64,000 nucleotides of DNA, taken from the NCBI GenBank assembly GCA_951406725.2, contig OX597833.1, positions 28,210,001-28,274,000 of the forward strand, given 5' to 3'. Below, piece by piece: positions 40,977 through 53,340 of this stretch (position 1 is its first letter; each line of letters begins with the position of its first letter). The stretch is from Octopus vulgaris. Its lineage: Eukaryota. The translations under genes and the position numbers were made by a program. The notes beneath the pieces are model-generated. The model ran no database searches and was not told the origin of the DNA. It was given only the letters and a program-made list of their open reading frames with translations.

Positions 40977-41315
40977 CAGTGGCTGGGGTTCATATGACTC
41001 CTGGGGATCCACCACACAAGCAAAATACCAAATTTATGTCTACTAAATACCAAGTTTTGGGATCCACAGTAGTTAATTAAGGGTCCATGAAAAAAATTTT
41101 GATTTATATGTATTTATTTCAAGGAACACCTAGTTTCCTTTCTCTAATGTTTTACATAGTTCAGCCCACACAAGTTAATGTGTTAAAAGGAAAACAGGAA
41201 TTTCAAAAGAAGTATCCATAAAACCAGTTTTTAAATATCAAATTGCTATGGAGGTCCACCAGAATAAAATAGTAATCAAAGGAGTCCATACATTAGTAAT
41301 GGTTGAGAACATCTG
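40977..41315. mobile_element. hAT (Charlie-like) MITE
   Basis: cagtgg... / ...ggttgagaacatctg ends; near-perfect 8-bp TSD atctatac / acctatac; internal gggtccat repeats. Confidence 0.6.
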
Positions 41316-42313
41316 ACCTATACCAAACCAACAACACGTTGACCTTGCTGATATATTTAAAAAGAAGGCAATCTAACATCAACAAGTGAACATTATTCAT
41401 ATTACTCACATAGAGATATTTGGCTCAATCAGAATTGTTTGATAACTAGCAAATATTTAGGCAGACTGCCAAGACAAAAATCGCAGAATTTGATCTGTAC
41501 AGGTGTCTACACGTCTGAAATCTTTAAAAACTCCAGTATTACAATAAAGCAAATCAGTATGTCCAGAGTTGTATTTAAAACTAGTCTAAGAGATCTTTGT
41601 AAATTCTGATTTTACTAGACCCCACAAAATAACACTATAGTGTACATGACAACTAATAAGAGTCTGATAAATGTTTAGGTATATAATTGTCTAGGTATAT
41701 AATTACTGAGCACTTATAGATTACATTAACATGTGGTTTCTATTTAAGATAATTAATGACAGAATTTAAACTGATCAACATGATGTTACAATCAAATTCA
41801 AGCTGTTGGAATGAGACTAAGTCTATTTGCCTTTAACCAACTTGATACCTCATACGTTCATTGCTTATACTCTGTATTTGCCTTATTAAAGTCTAAAAGC
41901 AAAAAAAAAAAAAAAAACAGTGAATGTGACATCCACATAATAGAATAAAATCAAATAATTTTGAAGACATGGATATGTAATGTATATAGCTGCAGGCATG
42001 GCTGTGTGGTAAGAAGCTTCCTTTTCAGCTACATGGTCTCAGGTTCAGCCCCAGTGAGTAGACATAAACTGAAAGAAGCGTGTGTGTGTGTGTGTATGTA
42101 TATATATATATATATAACATTATATAAAAGGGCTTAGTAAAATAAATTACTTTGCCACATACTGAACTCATTAGAAATAGCAGCTAAAAAAAATTTTTTT
42201 TTTAGCTATTTCTAATACTTAAAGAAAATCTCTCTCAGATAGTGTTTGCTCAAACCAACTCACGAAAGTATGGGGGTAAAAACATTAAAAAACTCACAAG
42301 TGCAAAGGTTATT

Positions 42314-42365
42314 TGAGAACATACGTTTCTAGATTAGTCAAATCGACATTTCTTTCGTCAGCTCA
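42314..42365 (-). ncRNA. minimal type I hammerhead ribozyme (left arm)
   Basis: Reverse complement of 42884-42935 with one change in the stem III loop (cgtatg vs cgtacg). Confidence 0.6.
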
Positions 42366-42883
42366 GAACTCCTTGATTCGGATTTGGGAACACTGAAAGT
42401 GGGAGCATACCCTTTTGGCTTCTTATCACCACCGGACATCCGCTCGAACTAACAGTGCTAACAAATTCAAAATATGCAAGCGAAGAATTTCTGCTCTCCC
42501 CCTTCCACCAGCGTGGGTTAAAATTGGCAAACACTATGTTTTATCGGTGAAAACCGAAGCATTAAACAGAGAGAAATGATTCGCCTTAAATGGTCCCTTT
42601 ACATACTGAATACTTGGTGAAATTGATTAATAATTAATTAATTTTACCCTCAATTGTTGAAATTATAATTCATTTCTCTCTGTTTAATGCTTCGGTTTTC
42701 ACCGATAAAACATAGTGTTTGCCAATTTTAACCCACGCTGGTGGAAGGGGGAGAGCAGAAATTCTTCGCTTGCATATTTTGAATTTGTTAGCACTGTTAG
42801 TTCGAGCGGATGTCCGGTGGTGATAAGAAGCCAAAAGGGTATGCTCCCACTTTCAGTGTTCCCAAATCCGAATCAAGGAGTTC

Positions 42884-42935
42884 TGAGCTGACGAAAGAAA
42901 TGTCGATTTGACTAATCTAGAAACGTACGTTCTCA
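42884..42935 (+). ncRNA. minimal type I hammerhead ribozyme (right arm)
   Basis: UGAG | CUGACGA | a AGA aau GUC gauuu GAC uaa UCU a | GAAA C guac G UU | CUCA; palindromic stem III ACGUACGU. Confidence 0.68.
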
Positions 42936-44037
42936 AATAACCTTTGCACTTGTGAGTTTTTTAATGTTTTTACCCCCATACTTTCGTGAGTTGGTTTGAG
43001 CAAACACTATCTGAGAGAGATTTTCTTTAAGTATTAGAAATAGCTAAAAAAAATTTTTTTTTTAGCTATTTCTAATGAGTTCAGTATGTGGCAAAGTAAT
43101 TTATTTTACTAAGCCCTTTTATATAATGTAATATTTTGAATTCGCCTTAAATGGTCCCTTTACATACTGAATACTTGGTGAAATTGATTAATAATTAATT
43201 AATTTTACCCTCAATTGTTGAAATTATATATATATATATATACATATAGAAGATAAAAGATAGATAATTACAGGGATCCTAGGGGGAGTATTAGGGAACC
43301 TCAACGAAGAGATATAGATGACAATTGACCATTGCACTCAAGAAACTTATCAGGAATTATTATTACGATTATTTCATTAATATGTGATAATCATGGAACA
43401 TTTGTTGTTTCATTTTTAATTCTTCTTCACTTTTTATCTCACATTCCAACTCCACCCCCACCACCCTCCCTCCTGAAATGTAAGTAGTCACGTCACTCCT
43501 CTACAACAAGAAACCCATTCTCTCTACTTCTTACCCACCTAGCAAATAGTTCCCCCTCCCCACTCAGGATTCATAATCTCGCAAGCTGCATAACAACCCC
43601 ACTAGTGCTCATGGCAGAAAAAAAATAAGTACCCAGTACCTACTGTAAGGTGTTTGGCATAGGAATGATATCTAGCCATAGAAACTATGCCAGTCCCTGG
43701 GCCCATTAGATTCTGTCAAACAGTACAACCCATACCAGCATGTCACATGGATGTTAAATGATGATAAATGAATGAATGAATAAAGAGGGCAAAGTATAAT
43801 AATCTAGAAAATTGAAAGTTTTTGAAAGTTCTGAGAATATTTTGATTGATGTTTTTTTTTTCTAGTTATCTCATAAAAATCTTTTTTATCAAGTCCATGG
43901 TTGCATATTGTGTGGTCAGATTTCTAAAAAGTCATATTCTTTGAATAAAGAATAGAGTTGAAGACAGAGTGTTTAATTAGTAAACAAAGGGATTCAGCTA
44001 GTATGCTATTCATAACTGAAGACAGTAGAGATATTCT

Positions 44038-44217
44038 TTTCTACCCTAGATACAAGGCCCGAAATTTGCGGGAAGGGGGCCAGTCGATTAGATTGACCCC
44101 GCAAAGATGAAAGGCAAAGTCAACCTCAGCAGAATTTGAACTTAGAACATAAAGACAGACAAAATACTGCTAAGCATTTCATCTGGCTTGCTAACATTTC
44201 TGCCAGCTCGCTACCTT
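44038..44217 (-). mobile_element. SINE with 17-bp target-site duplication
   Basis: aagacagtagagatatt on both sides. Confidence 0.75.
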
Positions 44218-44859
44218 AAGACAGTAGAGATATTGCCACAACCATAACTCTACTTCAGTTTCAAATCACCTATCCTCCACAGCAGAATTGTTAATGCTGC
44301 TCCCTCTGCTGCAGAGGATGGGCCTGCAAAAGCCCCTGTTCCAGAGTCATGTAAAAGCACCCATGCTGGCACTGGTGTACCAGTGCTATGTAATAACACC
44401 TGTGCCAGTGCCATATAAAAAGCACCCAACACACACTGTAAAGTGGTCCGTGTTAGGAAGGGCATCCAGCTCGCCTGCTCTGGTCAAGCCATCCAACCCA
44501 TGCCAGTATAGAAAATAAACATTAAATGATGATGATGATGAATAGGTTCAAAAGTTAATGTTCAGGTAGAAGGAGGTACTTTGTATTAAAATTGCTGATA
44601 GCCATTTCAGCAGAAATTGAGTATATTCAAGTAAGTGATTTTCTATACAAGAGAAATATCTATTAAAAGACTATCAAATCTTAATCTCCAATCTTTCTAC
44701 CATCATTATCAATAAAATAATCAGAGGGTAAATTTGGTTTCAATTCCCTAGTTAGAAATTTTTGGAGTAAAGCTTCATTTGTAACAAACGCAGTGAATCA
44801 GTTCATACTACGAGTACACTAGAAATAGATTCTCCTCAATGTCCAGATGCCTCACTAGA

Positions 44860-45310
44860 AGTAGTCAATAGCATTCATTAACTTAGGAGATGTAATTAGC
44901 AGGGAAGGTGGTTGCTCAGAAAGTATATTAATCAGAGTAAGAAATGGTTGGAAAAAGTTCAGGGCGGCAATAAAAGTCTTTTCACACAGAGTGAAGTACA
45001 GATTATACTTGTGTTAGAACAATGCTGCATGGTAGTGAGACATGGGCCTTGAATGCAGAGGATTTGAGAAGACTGTTCAATGTAAGTATGCATGAACAAT
45101 ATAGAACAAATGTGTTGAGAGGAAAACGAAGCATAAGAAGAATCAGATTTAGTATACAGGGGAAAAGACTGCACTGGTGCGGACATGTGATGTGTATGGA
45201 TGAGGCCAGCTATATAAAGTGCTGATGATGTGGATGGAACTTGCAGAAGGGGGAAAACCAGAAAGACAAGGGGCAGACCGGTGAAGGCTGACCTCAGGAC
45301 CTGGAACCAA
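44860..45310 (+). mobile_element. RTE LINE 3' fragment
   Basis: MLHGSETWALNAEDL, KRLHWCGHV. Confidence 0.75.
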
Positions 45311-45577
45311 ACAACATTTCCTCTACTGCAAAACATTTCAGAATTACACTACGTAAATTTATTTAATATTTTTTTTACAAAAAAGCCAGTTTTGCCTAGG
45401 ATAATTGCAAAGCGTCTCTTTCCACAGAAATTTTTATTATAACAATAACTAAAGAGAGAAAAAAGGATGGTACATATACGGGTCAAACTAGGCACAAAAA
45501 CAAAAGAAAAATAGTGTAATAGGTGTAAAACAGCTTGCTCTAAACGAATATGAAAAAAAGACAGTAGGTATTATAAA

Positions 45578-46057
45578 ACTTTGCAAAAATAAAACAGTCT
45601 TACAATGAGAGAAATATTAAATAATTCTTGAAAAAAAGTCCAAGATTTGTGTAGAAAAATCTGTCTCGAGGAAAACTAAGAGAATGGAGAAACACTACGA
45701 ATCCAGAAGACTGCAGTTGTTAAAAACTGTGCAACGTTAGGTTTTGTACGCTAATATAAGTGGTCTAATAATCCAGAATCAAAAAATGTAGGCACGTGTA
45801 TATTTGTCAACAGAGTGGTATTAATCAAAGTATACTACATTACAGATGATTTTACCAATTAGATGATCATCTGATTATTTAATATCTTGTGCGAAACCAA
45901 TTGGTTATATCTGACACTTTTTAAAAAATTATTACGATAGGTACTACAACTTCGCAAAAATAAAACACCAGCCTTACAATCAGAGAAATATTAAATAATT
46001 CTTGAAAAAAATCTGTTCTAAGGAAAACTAAGAGAATGGAGGAGAAACACTACGAAT
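45578..46057 (+). repeat. imperfect ~110-125 bp direct repeat (45578-45702 and 45949-46057)
   Basis: Shared gcaaaaataaaaca...gagaaatattaaataattcttgaaaaaa...aggaaaactaagagaatggagaaacactacgaat. Confidence 0.75.
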
Positions 46058-46466
46058 ATGTGTGTGGTGGGAGTATCGAGTATGTAAAGAATATGTATGG
46101 TATGAAATTGCCTCTTCATATGTTAAGAAATTCTTTTCTCTGCGTTTGTACATAAAAAATTGCTTCCGTGTCTATTTTTTGTTTATGCACATAATTAATT
46201 CACCATGAAATATATATATATTTTACACGTGTCATTATATATCTAATATATAAAGTATGCATGTCTATGTATCTGAATATGTTTGTAGACATGACCTAAC
46301 AAGGTTTAATCAATCCAGTGTTTACACGAACAAGTCTATAATTAAGCCAATAATTCCACACAATCTATAATCTAATTCTACGAAATATCTGCAAAATCAA
46401 ATATGCATGAGTCATTGTACATTTGATTGTTTAAATAAACCAGAGAAAATCCATTAAAATACTTAC

Positions 46467-46640
46467 CGAAAACGTCGAAATCAAATTTTAGTAGACCGTA
46501 ACATTCAAAATGGCGTTCATACTATTTCATGGACACAACGACTTGTGTCAGCTGTTCAACTAGAAATTTAAGATTCCTTGATCTCCGCTTCAAACGACTG
46601 ACGTTTAATTCGATTGGTTCAGATCGCACTTCTTATCCTA
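46467..46640. promoter_or_regulatory. CpG-rich promoter-like segment
   Basis: Many CpGs, YY1-like aaaatggcg (~46507), attgg (CCAAT) box, strong minus-strand donor cg|gtaagt at 46466; downstream exons not identified. Confidence 0.35.
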
Positions 46641-47375
46641 GAGGAAATCTAAAGGTTCCAATGGCAAAATTGTTTTTAGGTTTAAAAATTCTTAATCATT
46701 ATTCGCAGTCTTTACTACATTTAATTTCCTTAGTTTTTGTTTTAAAGATGCTTCCATTTAAGATTTCAAATTAATAACAGGTTATCAATGTTAAATAACA
46801 AGAAGCTGGAATGGTGAACAGATAAGGTATGATACAGTAAAAAAAAAAAGAGAGAGAAGTTAGGAAAACGTAATTCAAATAAAATATTATCACAATCTGC
46901 TGAGGTAAGGGTGCGGTCTCCAGCATTAGTGGTCATTTATTGAGAGCAACAATTAATGACTACCTAACCGCTATATTTCCTTGCCACAACAGAGCTACCT
47001 CATTAGAATATTAATGGCTACAGAATGACCTTTGACAACACGATTGGACAATAGAGTAACAAATCTAACTAGCATAAATCAGTCATCCTCCGCGTTAATA
47101 TGATGATAAACATCAATAAGGCTGACCTTACCAGTTGGCTTCAAAAAGACCGGCCATGAAAAGCAAGAAAGGATTGACGTTTACGATCGCCGACGCCTGT
47201 AAGCATAGCAATCGAGGAAGAAAAAACAAGATAGTAAATGCTATTTGCTTTGTTTAATGCTCAAAACATGGCTGTATGGTCGAGGTTGCCTCTTGACCAC
47301 GTGGATTTAGCTTTGCACTTGAGCCGACAAGAGCCTTGTGAGTGGATTTGATGGACGGAAACCGAAAGAAGCCCG

Positions 47376-47776
47376 GGATCTTTTCGGTTTGAACGGCAGT
47401 TTTTTCTAGCGGTGTCATATGAAATTGTCACCCATAATTATGACCCTAGTATCGATCTATTGCATTTCAATCTATTTTAGGGTTAGGGGTGGGGGGAAGG
47501 ATATCTTTTTTTCTTCACAAATGTAAATAAACCCAATCTGTTTCTTAAACGAGGGACATATTCATACGGCACAGAATGTTGTTTACCTCAATGGACGTCA
47601 TTAATTGGTTGAAATTGAAGGAAAAAACAACAAATATCTTACAAACTATAGAATTTTTTCAATAAAGCCAAGAGAAAAAGATGTTTTATAAACACATTCT
47701 ACCAGTATACGAAGTTTAAAATTTTTTAGTTACCTAAAAATTATGTTAAAAACTGCCGTTCAAACTGAAAAGATCC
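47376..47776. mobile_element. MITE with ~29-bp TIRs and 8-bp TSD, nested in a SINE (~47268-47990)
   Basis: ggatcttttcggtttgaacggcagttttt / aaaaactgccgttcaaactgaaaagatcc; TSD gaagcccg at 47368-75 and 47777-84. Confidence 0.9.
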
Positions 47777-48349
47777 GAAGCCCGTATATGTCTCTGTGTG
47801 TGTGCGTCTCTGTGTCCCTACCACCACTTGACAACCAGTATTGGTGTGTTTACGTCTCCGTAACTTAGCGGTTCGGCAAAGAGACTGATATACTAAGTAC
47901 CAAGCTTTTAAAATAAAAATAAGTACTGGGATCGATTCAATTCGATTAAAAAATTCTTCAATGCTGTACCCCGGTATAATCTCAGTCTAATGACAGAAAA
48001 AAGCAACAGATTTATTTTATCTTTTGTTTCATTCATTGTTCAGCAACCATGCTGAGACACCACTTTCAAGAGTTTTAATCTATTCTATCGGTAACTTTTT
48101 ACAAACTGCTATGCTACGAGGACGAAAAACAACTAACATCAGTTATTAAACGATGGGGTGGAGACACAGGAACAAAACGCACACATAGATGTGTGTGTAC
48201 GACAGGCTGCCACACAGTTTCCATCTACGAAATTCACTTCGCCTGGAGCTATAGCAGAAGACACTTGCCCAAAGTATTGCATGGTTGTAGAGCGAGCTTA
48301 TGCCCTTTTGAGGCTGATTTTATAGCTGGTGTTTATAACAAAAAAACAT

Positions 48350-50100
48350 TCCCGTAGTCTTTTCCCAGTGGTTACTTCCTTGAAGAAAGTTTAATGAAGA
48401 TATCTCTTCTTCGATTGTAATCAAATGTTCTGACCAACAATGGTCGGGACATATGATGCTTCAGATGGCGCAGAACTTTTGATAATGGTAACACACCAGT
48501 ATTTTTTTTCTTTTCTTTTTTCTCCATCGTATTTCACAAGCGTAAAATAATGTTACGGTAAAGAGAACTTGATAAACCATCAGTTTCGATCTTCGGATTG
48601 GATGTTTGTTCATAAAGACTCGTTTTACTAGTTTTTGTGTTCCGCATTCTTTTCCGAAGTAATTTATTAGAAAGGAGACTTGCAATCTGGAGAACATGTT
48701 CGATTTCATCTGGTGATATATCAGAGATGACAATGTTGAAATCAGAACGATTGATCAGTCTTCTTAATAATTACAGCACGGCCGAAGCGAGTGTGTGTAC
48801 TGGTGATTTTTGGCTGATTTCTGTATTTTCGATATGTGTGAAATTTGGCAATGCTAAATAATCCATCAAACTGATATCTGATATAAAAACTTTGATTGCT
48901 TGGGGAGGAAGTTAAAAAATATCGCAAGTAGATATAAGAAAGTACAAGTGCAAGAACGCAACCTTGATTCAGTTCACATGTAATTGGAAATTGATCCGGA
49001 AAATTTGTTTTGATGAAAAACACAACCTGACACACTGTCGTCCTATGCTTTAACCAGTGAGGTGAAGTGGTTTGAGCTGCCAAAGCGTTGAAGGATCATT
49101 GACATACCAAACGCTTTTCCCAAATAGTAGAAGACAAGACTGGTTTCTGCTTTTTCTCTTACGCACACATAGATGTCTAATAGAGCAACTGAGAATATAT
49201 GCCAGAGATGCTACATTAAAACGAGATTTGGATGTTTTGCCTGTAAGGACATGAAGTAAAACAAGAGGAGGGTGCGAACAAGGTGGTGATTCATACAATA
49301 GTTTGCACCTCTAGTAACTCCAGTGAGAAAGACATTGCGAATATCACGGAAACGAACAATGACATAGTCCAGGAGATGCAGGGCCCGCCCTTCGGTTGCT
49401 GGCGCCCCGGGATAGTTGAACTTCGACGTGTACAAGCTGACAGTCGTGGAAATTTCCTTGTATTTATCACGCCCTCCTTGGAGCCCCGGACGACTGCTCG
49501 AGATGCCGGTATCTTGAGCCGGCCTTGAAGAGATAACAGTTTCTTGACCGTGGGTACTTCCAGGTGGGTTTCTGTTTGGCTGGGGGTTGAAACATCGAAC
49601 TGGTAATGGTGATTATTCAGCACATTGAGGGGAAAGGTGGGCCCATTTGAATTCGAGTCTACACCGTAGTTCCCAATTACATAGTTCCAAACGGTCTAAT
49701 TTATGCTTATGCGAGCAGCGAAGTTATCCAAAAGGAATAGGTTTTCAGATTATTGGTTCAGAATAGCATAGACTTCTTTGTGTTGAGCGCATGTGCACGA
49801 ATCTCTGGTCAGTAAATCAGGGAGTAAAATGATCCGAGAGCAAATACCAACTGGAGATTCGGGAAGCTTCTAGAGGGGAGCTTGTTTCTGACATCCAGAC
49901 CAACACTACGTATATGATTCTAGCTTTGTACAACCTTTTTCATACGAGCATGTAGTCAACCTCAGTCTTTATGATAGACTCTTCAGCTGAAGGGGGCTCT
50001 CAATGAAACTCTTTGACGATAAGTGTAGTTCTACGTGGAAGCCTACTTCTTACAGAAGCAGAACCACATTCGGGACACCAAACACAAGTTTCTTTCTTTT
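48350..50100 (-). mobile_element. degraded LINE (APE endonuclease and RT fragments, RTE-like)
   Basis: HLLDYVIVRFRDIRNVFLT...GANYCMNHHLVR; FPITCELNQGCVLALVL; YQVLFTVTLFYACE. Confidence 0.7.
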
Positions 50101-50249
50101 TTTTTTTTTTCGTATAATTTCAACCTCACTGGGGGAGATGAATCGTCTGATGCGGTTTCCAACCTAGCATGAGAAAGAGCAAGCTTTTTTTTTTTTTTTT
50201 TTTTTTCAGAACATCTTTTTAATATTTTTTCCCCCTAAATTTAGATAGC

Positions 50250-51830
50250 CAGTGACCGCAATTTGAAAGCTGATGTTGAAGATTTTTCAGAGTTCACTAC
50301 TTGAAAAAAAAAAACCGTTCTGACTGGTTTCACGAATCGGGTGATGAAATGATGCCTCTTTTGGGAGAAAAGTCCATGGTTTTCAAGGACTTAGAAACTT
50401 GGGTAAAGATTCAGAGAAAATATGTGCCTGGTGGAATGCAAAAACTCATGAAATTCAACGCTTTGCTGACGCAATCAGCACAGACAAGTTTTATAATGCA
50501 ATTATTAATATTATATCCTGCCAAAAAGGCAATTGCTCCTTTATGCACAGTTGACAGAAGCCAACCTCTCGAAGACAAAAAAAAAAAAGACACTGGACTA
50601 CGTAAATACAACTGGCTCATTTGTACTTACTAAACTCCTAACTCTTTCTTTGATGCCAGAGTTGGATGAATTTCCATGGCCTCATGAAGTTACTACCTTG
50701 TCCAATGCATTGGAAAACAAAACGATATCTGCCGAGGTTTATAAGTTTGAAGGAGGTCATCTACGAGAGGAACTATGTAATGTATTGAGTTACTTCCCTT
50801 CAATTGTAACGGTGTTGCTTATTGTTATATTTAACCAATCATAATTTAATAAAATATTCAGTGCAAACCTAACGATAGCGGCCTGACTAAACGAACTTCC
50901 TGTAAAGTCCTCGTTTGTTACCTGACGTTGTAACACGACGGAACAAACTATTTTATTTCTCCTTACTTTCTTGAAAAGCTGACAAAACACCCTATTCTTG
51001 GAAACATGCAAGTATCATAACTATTTAAGAAAAGTAAGCTATCGCTAATTGTGCAGGACTATTGATGGCGACATATCCTGTTTGGTGTATTACTTGTTTT
51101 GCCGCTGAAAAAAATCCTTGCTTCTTCTATGCCTCTTCTCCAAAATGTCTTCAAGATTGTTTCCTGAATCTCAAGCCAGCTTCTAGCCTCAGTGCACCTC
51201 AACCGACATAATTTTTGTATACAATGGAACATACTCATGAATTTCAAATGTCACCCACGTTTTCCTTTACAAGTTGCATCTCTTTCTTGATAGACTGATG
51301 ACTGAAGTTTCTGTGAGTTGCAAATCTGCTCTGCCCTTTAAAATTAGTGTTGTTGTTAAACAGGGCTATGTTCTTGCTCCCATTCTTTTAAGCGTCAGTC
51401 TTTTTGCTGTGTCACTCCTCTCAAGGATGTGAACGTTAGAATACGTGTGAGGTATCCGTAGATTTTTGTCCACTCTAAAACTTTGTCCATAGACTTTTAT
51501 GATCAATAGTATGCAGGCAAACTTAGAAAATTCTTTAAACATGTGTAATCCATCAGTATTAAAACAATGACCATAAAGTGAATTCTCTGCTGGACTGAGC
51601 ATGTAATCTGTATGGAAGATTCCCATTTTCTGTATGGTGAGCCAACAAAGGATTATCCTCACCATAGTAGTCATAAGAAGCACTGGAAATTACTCTCAGA
51701 AACACATCTTCACTGACTGCTCAGTTCTTGCCAAGGACATTGAAAATTTTGCTGCAGATCAAAAAGCGTGGAAAGGAGCAACTTTCAAGATGTGCAATGG
51801 TTTGATGCTGAACACACCAGGCAAGAGGAT
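50250..51830 (+). mobile_element. degraded LINE fragments (RTE-like)
   Basis: KNRSDWFHESGDEMMPLLGEK, ISAEVYKFEGG, VVVKQGYVLAPILL, IENFAADQKAW. Confidence 0.6.
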
Positions 51831-51936
51831 AAATATAGAGCAATTACCAAATTTATTCACTAAATATCAGCAATGCAATTCTTCATTGATGTTTGCAGAT
51901 TTGTCTCTTTTGTATATAAGCATCAACATGCTTATA

Positions 51937-52142
51937 TATGAAGGGGTGCTAAAAAATTCCTTGCTTTGGGGAGAATCAATTAATTGTGTTTTTATTCAAC
52001 ATATTCCCTTCTCAGATTCACACACTTATTGCAGTGGTCCTTCAGTTTTTCTAGGCTCTGTAAAAGTACTCAGAAGGTTGGACCTCCAACCAGACCTTTC
52101 GCAATACCCTTAAAGCCAGGAACTTTCAGCCCCCCCCCCCAT
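51937..52142. mobile_element. mariner-type MITE (same family as 58800-59020)
   Basis: TIR-like gaaggggtgctaaaaaattcct / aggaactttcagcccccc; shared core cccttctcagattcacacacttattgcag. Confidence 0.75.
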
Positions 52143-52150
52143 GTGTGTGT

Positions 52151-52183
<33 letters not shown>

Positions 52184-52186
<3 letters not shown>

Positions 52187-52730
52187 TGGGGTTGGACAAA
52201 ATAATGGAAACACCTAGCATCATAATTTTGAAATATCTATAAAACCATCAAAGGCTTGTTTATTTATTTATTTTTTTTTATTTATTATTAGTGTTGCTTA
52301 AAATGTTTTGCTGTTTCTTTTTAGATATCATCAGAAAAAGGTAATTAAAATTCAATAAAATGACATTTATCGGACTCTCAGAGTTCAAATTGTTGGTGCT
52401 TGTATGGCAGGTGCTAGCATAACGCAAACAGCCAAAATGTTTGGTGTATCAAGAAGTACTGTCTCAAAAGTAATGACAGCCTTTGAGAAAGACGGAAAAA
52501 ACTCCGGTAGAAAACCAAAACTTTTAGATAGGAACTGTCAGATTATTACACGAATTGTTAGAAAGTATCACAAAAAACAGCTCCCAAAATTACTGCAGAG
52601 CATAATGACCACCTCAAGAACCCAGTTTCCACAAAAACTGTTTGCCGGGAGCTGCACAAAGCCAGATTTAATGAGAGGGCTCAAATCAGAAAACCATTAC
52701 TTTCAAAAACAAATGTTGCAAAGCGTTTAG
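52184..52730 (+). mobile_element. Tc1-like transposon 5' part
   Basis: TIR tactggggttggacaaaataatggaaacacc; HTH GASITQTAKMFGVSRSTVSKVM and SGRKPKL. Confidence 0.85.
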
Positions 52731-52739
52731 AACTTGGTT

Positions 52740-53340
52740 TTCATGATATGTAGGACATTACATGGATTGAATGCAAACCATCAGTTCTAGGTGTTGTATA
52801 ACTGGTCCTGACGGAAATTCTTTTCATCTGAAAAAAGCCAGAGCATTGCTGGCTTAGCAGTATAACTCAGCTTGTTCAGGAGCCTCTTTGCCTCTGTCAG
52901 GTGGTTCTTCATGGGCTTGGCTGTCAAAATTTGTCCCTTGCACTTCTTGTATGAGTGATTGCAAAGGTCTTCATTCAGAGCCAGTTTCATGGTGCCAACT
53001 CTAACACCTATCTCTGTTGCCAAATTTTTGGATAATCCATCACCTTGCCCTGCAGTTGTTGCATGAATCCCAACATGCTGATGCAGTCAGAGCATCTTCT
53101 ATGTCCCTTACTGCTGGCGACGGCTTTGTAGCTCTCCATGTTACATCTTACAGCCCTTACAGTGTTTCCAGAGCACAGAGTAGTTGTTTTGACGTTGGCA
53201 TCTTGACACCCAGAGCGAATCATCATGCAATGCTCAGATGGTTTCAAGTTCTTCATATCAGTTACCATTTTCTCAACTACAACTTTAATCTTTATACTCT
53301 CCAACATTGTTGACTGTTCACCAACACATCAAGTTGTTCC
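52740..53340 (-). mobile_element. Tc1/mariner-superfamily transposase remnant
   Basis: MATEIGV...LNEDL...SYK..KGQILT...AKRLLNKL...WLFSDEKNF. Confidence 0.75.

Larger units (their letters stand above)
42117..43228. mobile_element. non-coding PLE/retrozyme-like element: inverted arms plus an 88-bp direct repeat
   Basis: Arms 42117-42579 / 42670-43129 near-identical; 42580-42667 repeated directly at 43141-43228; (TA)n on both flanks; HHR in each arm. Confidence 0.85.
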
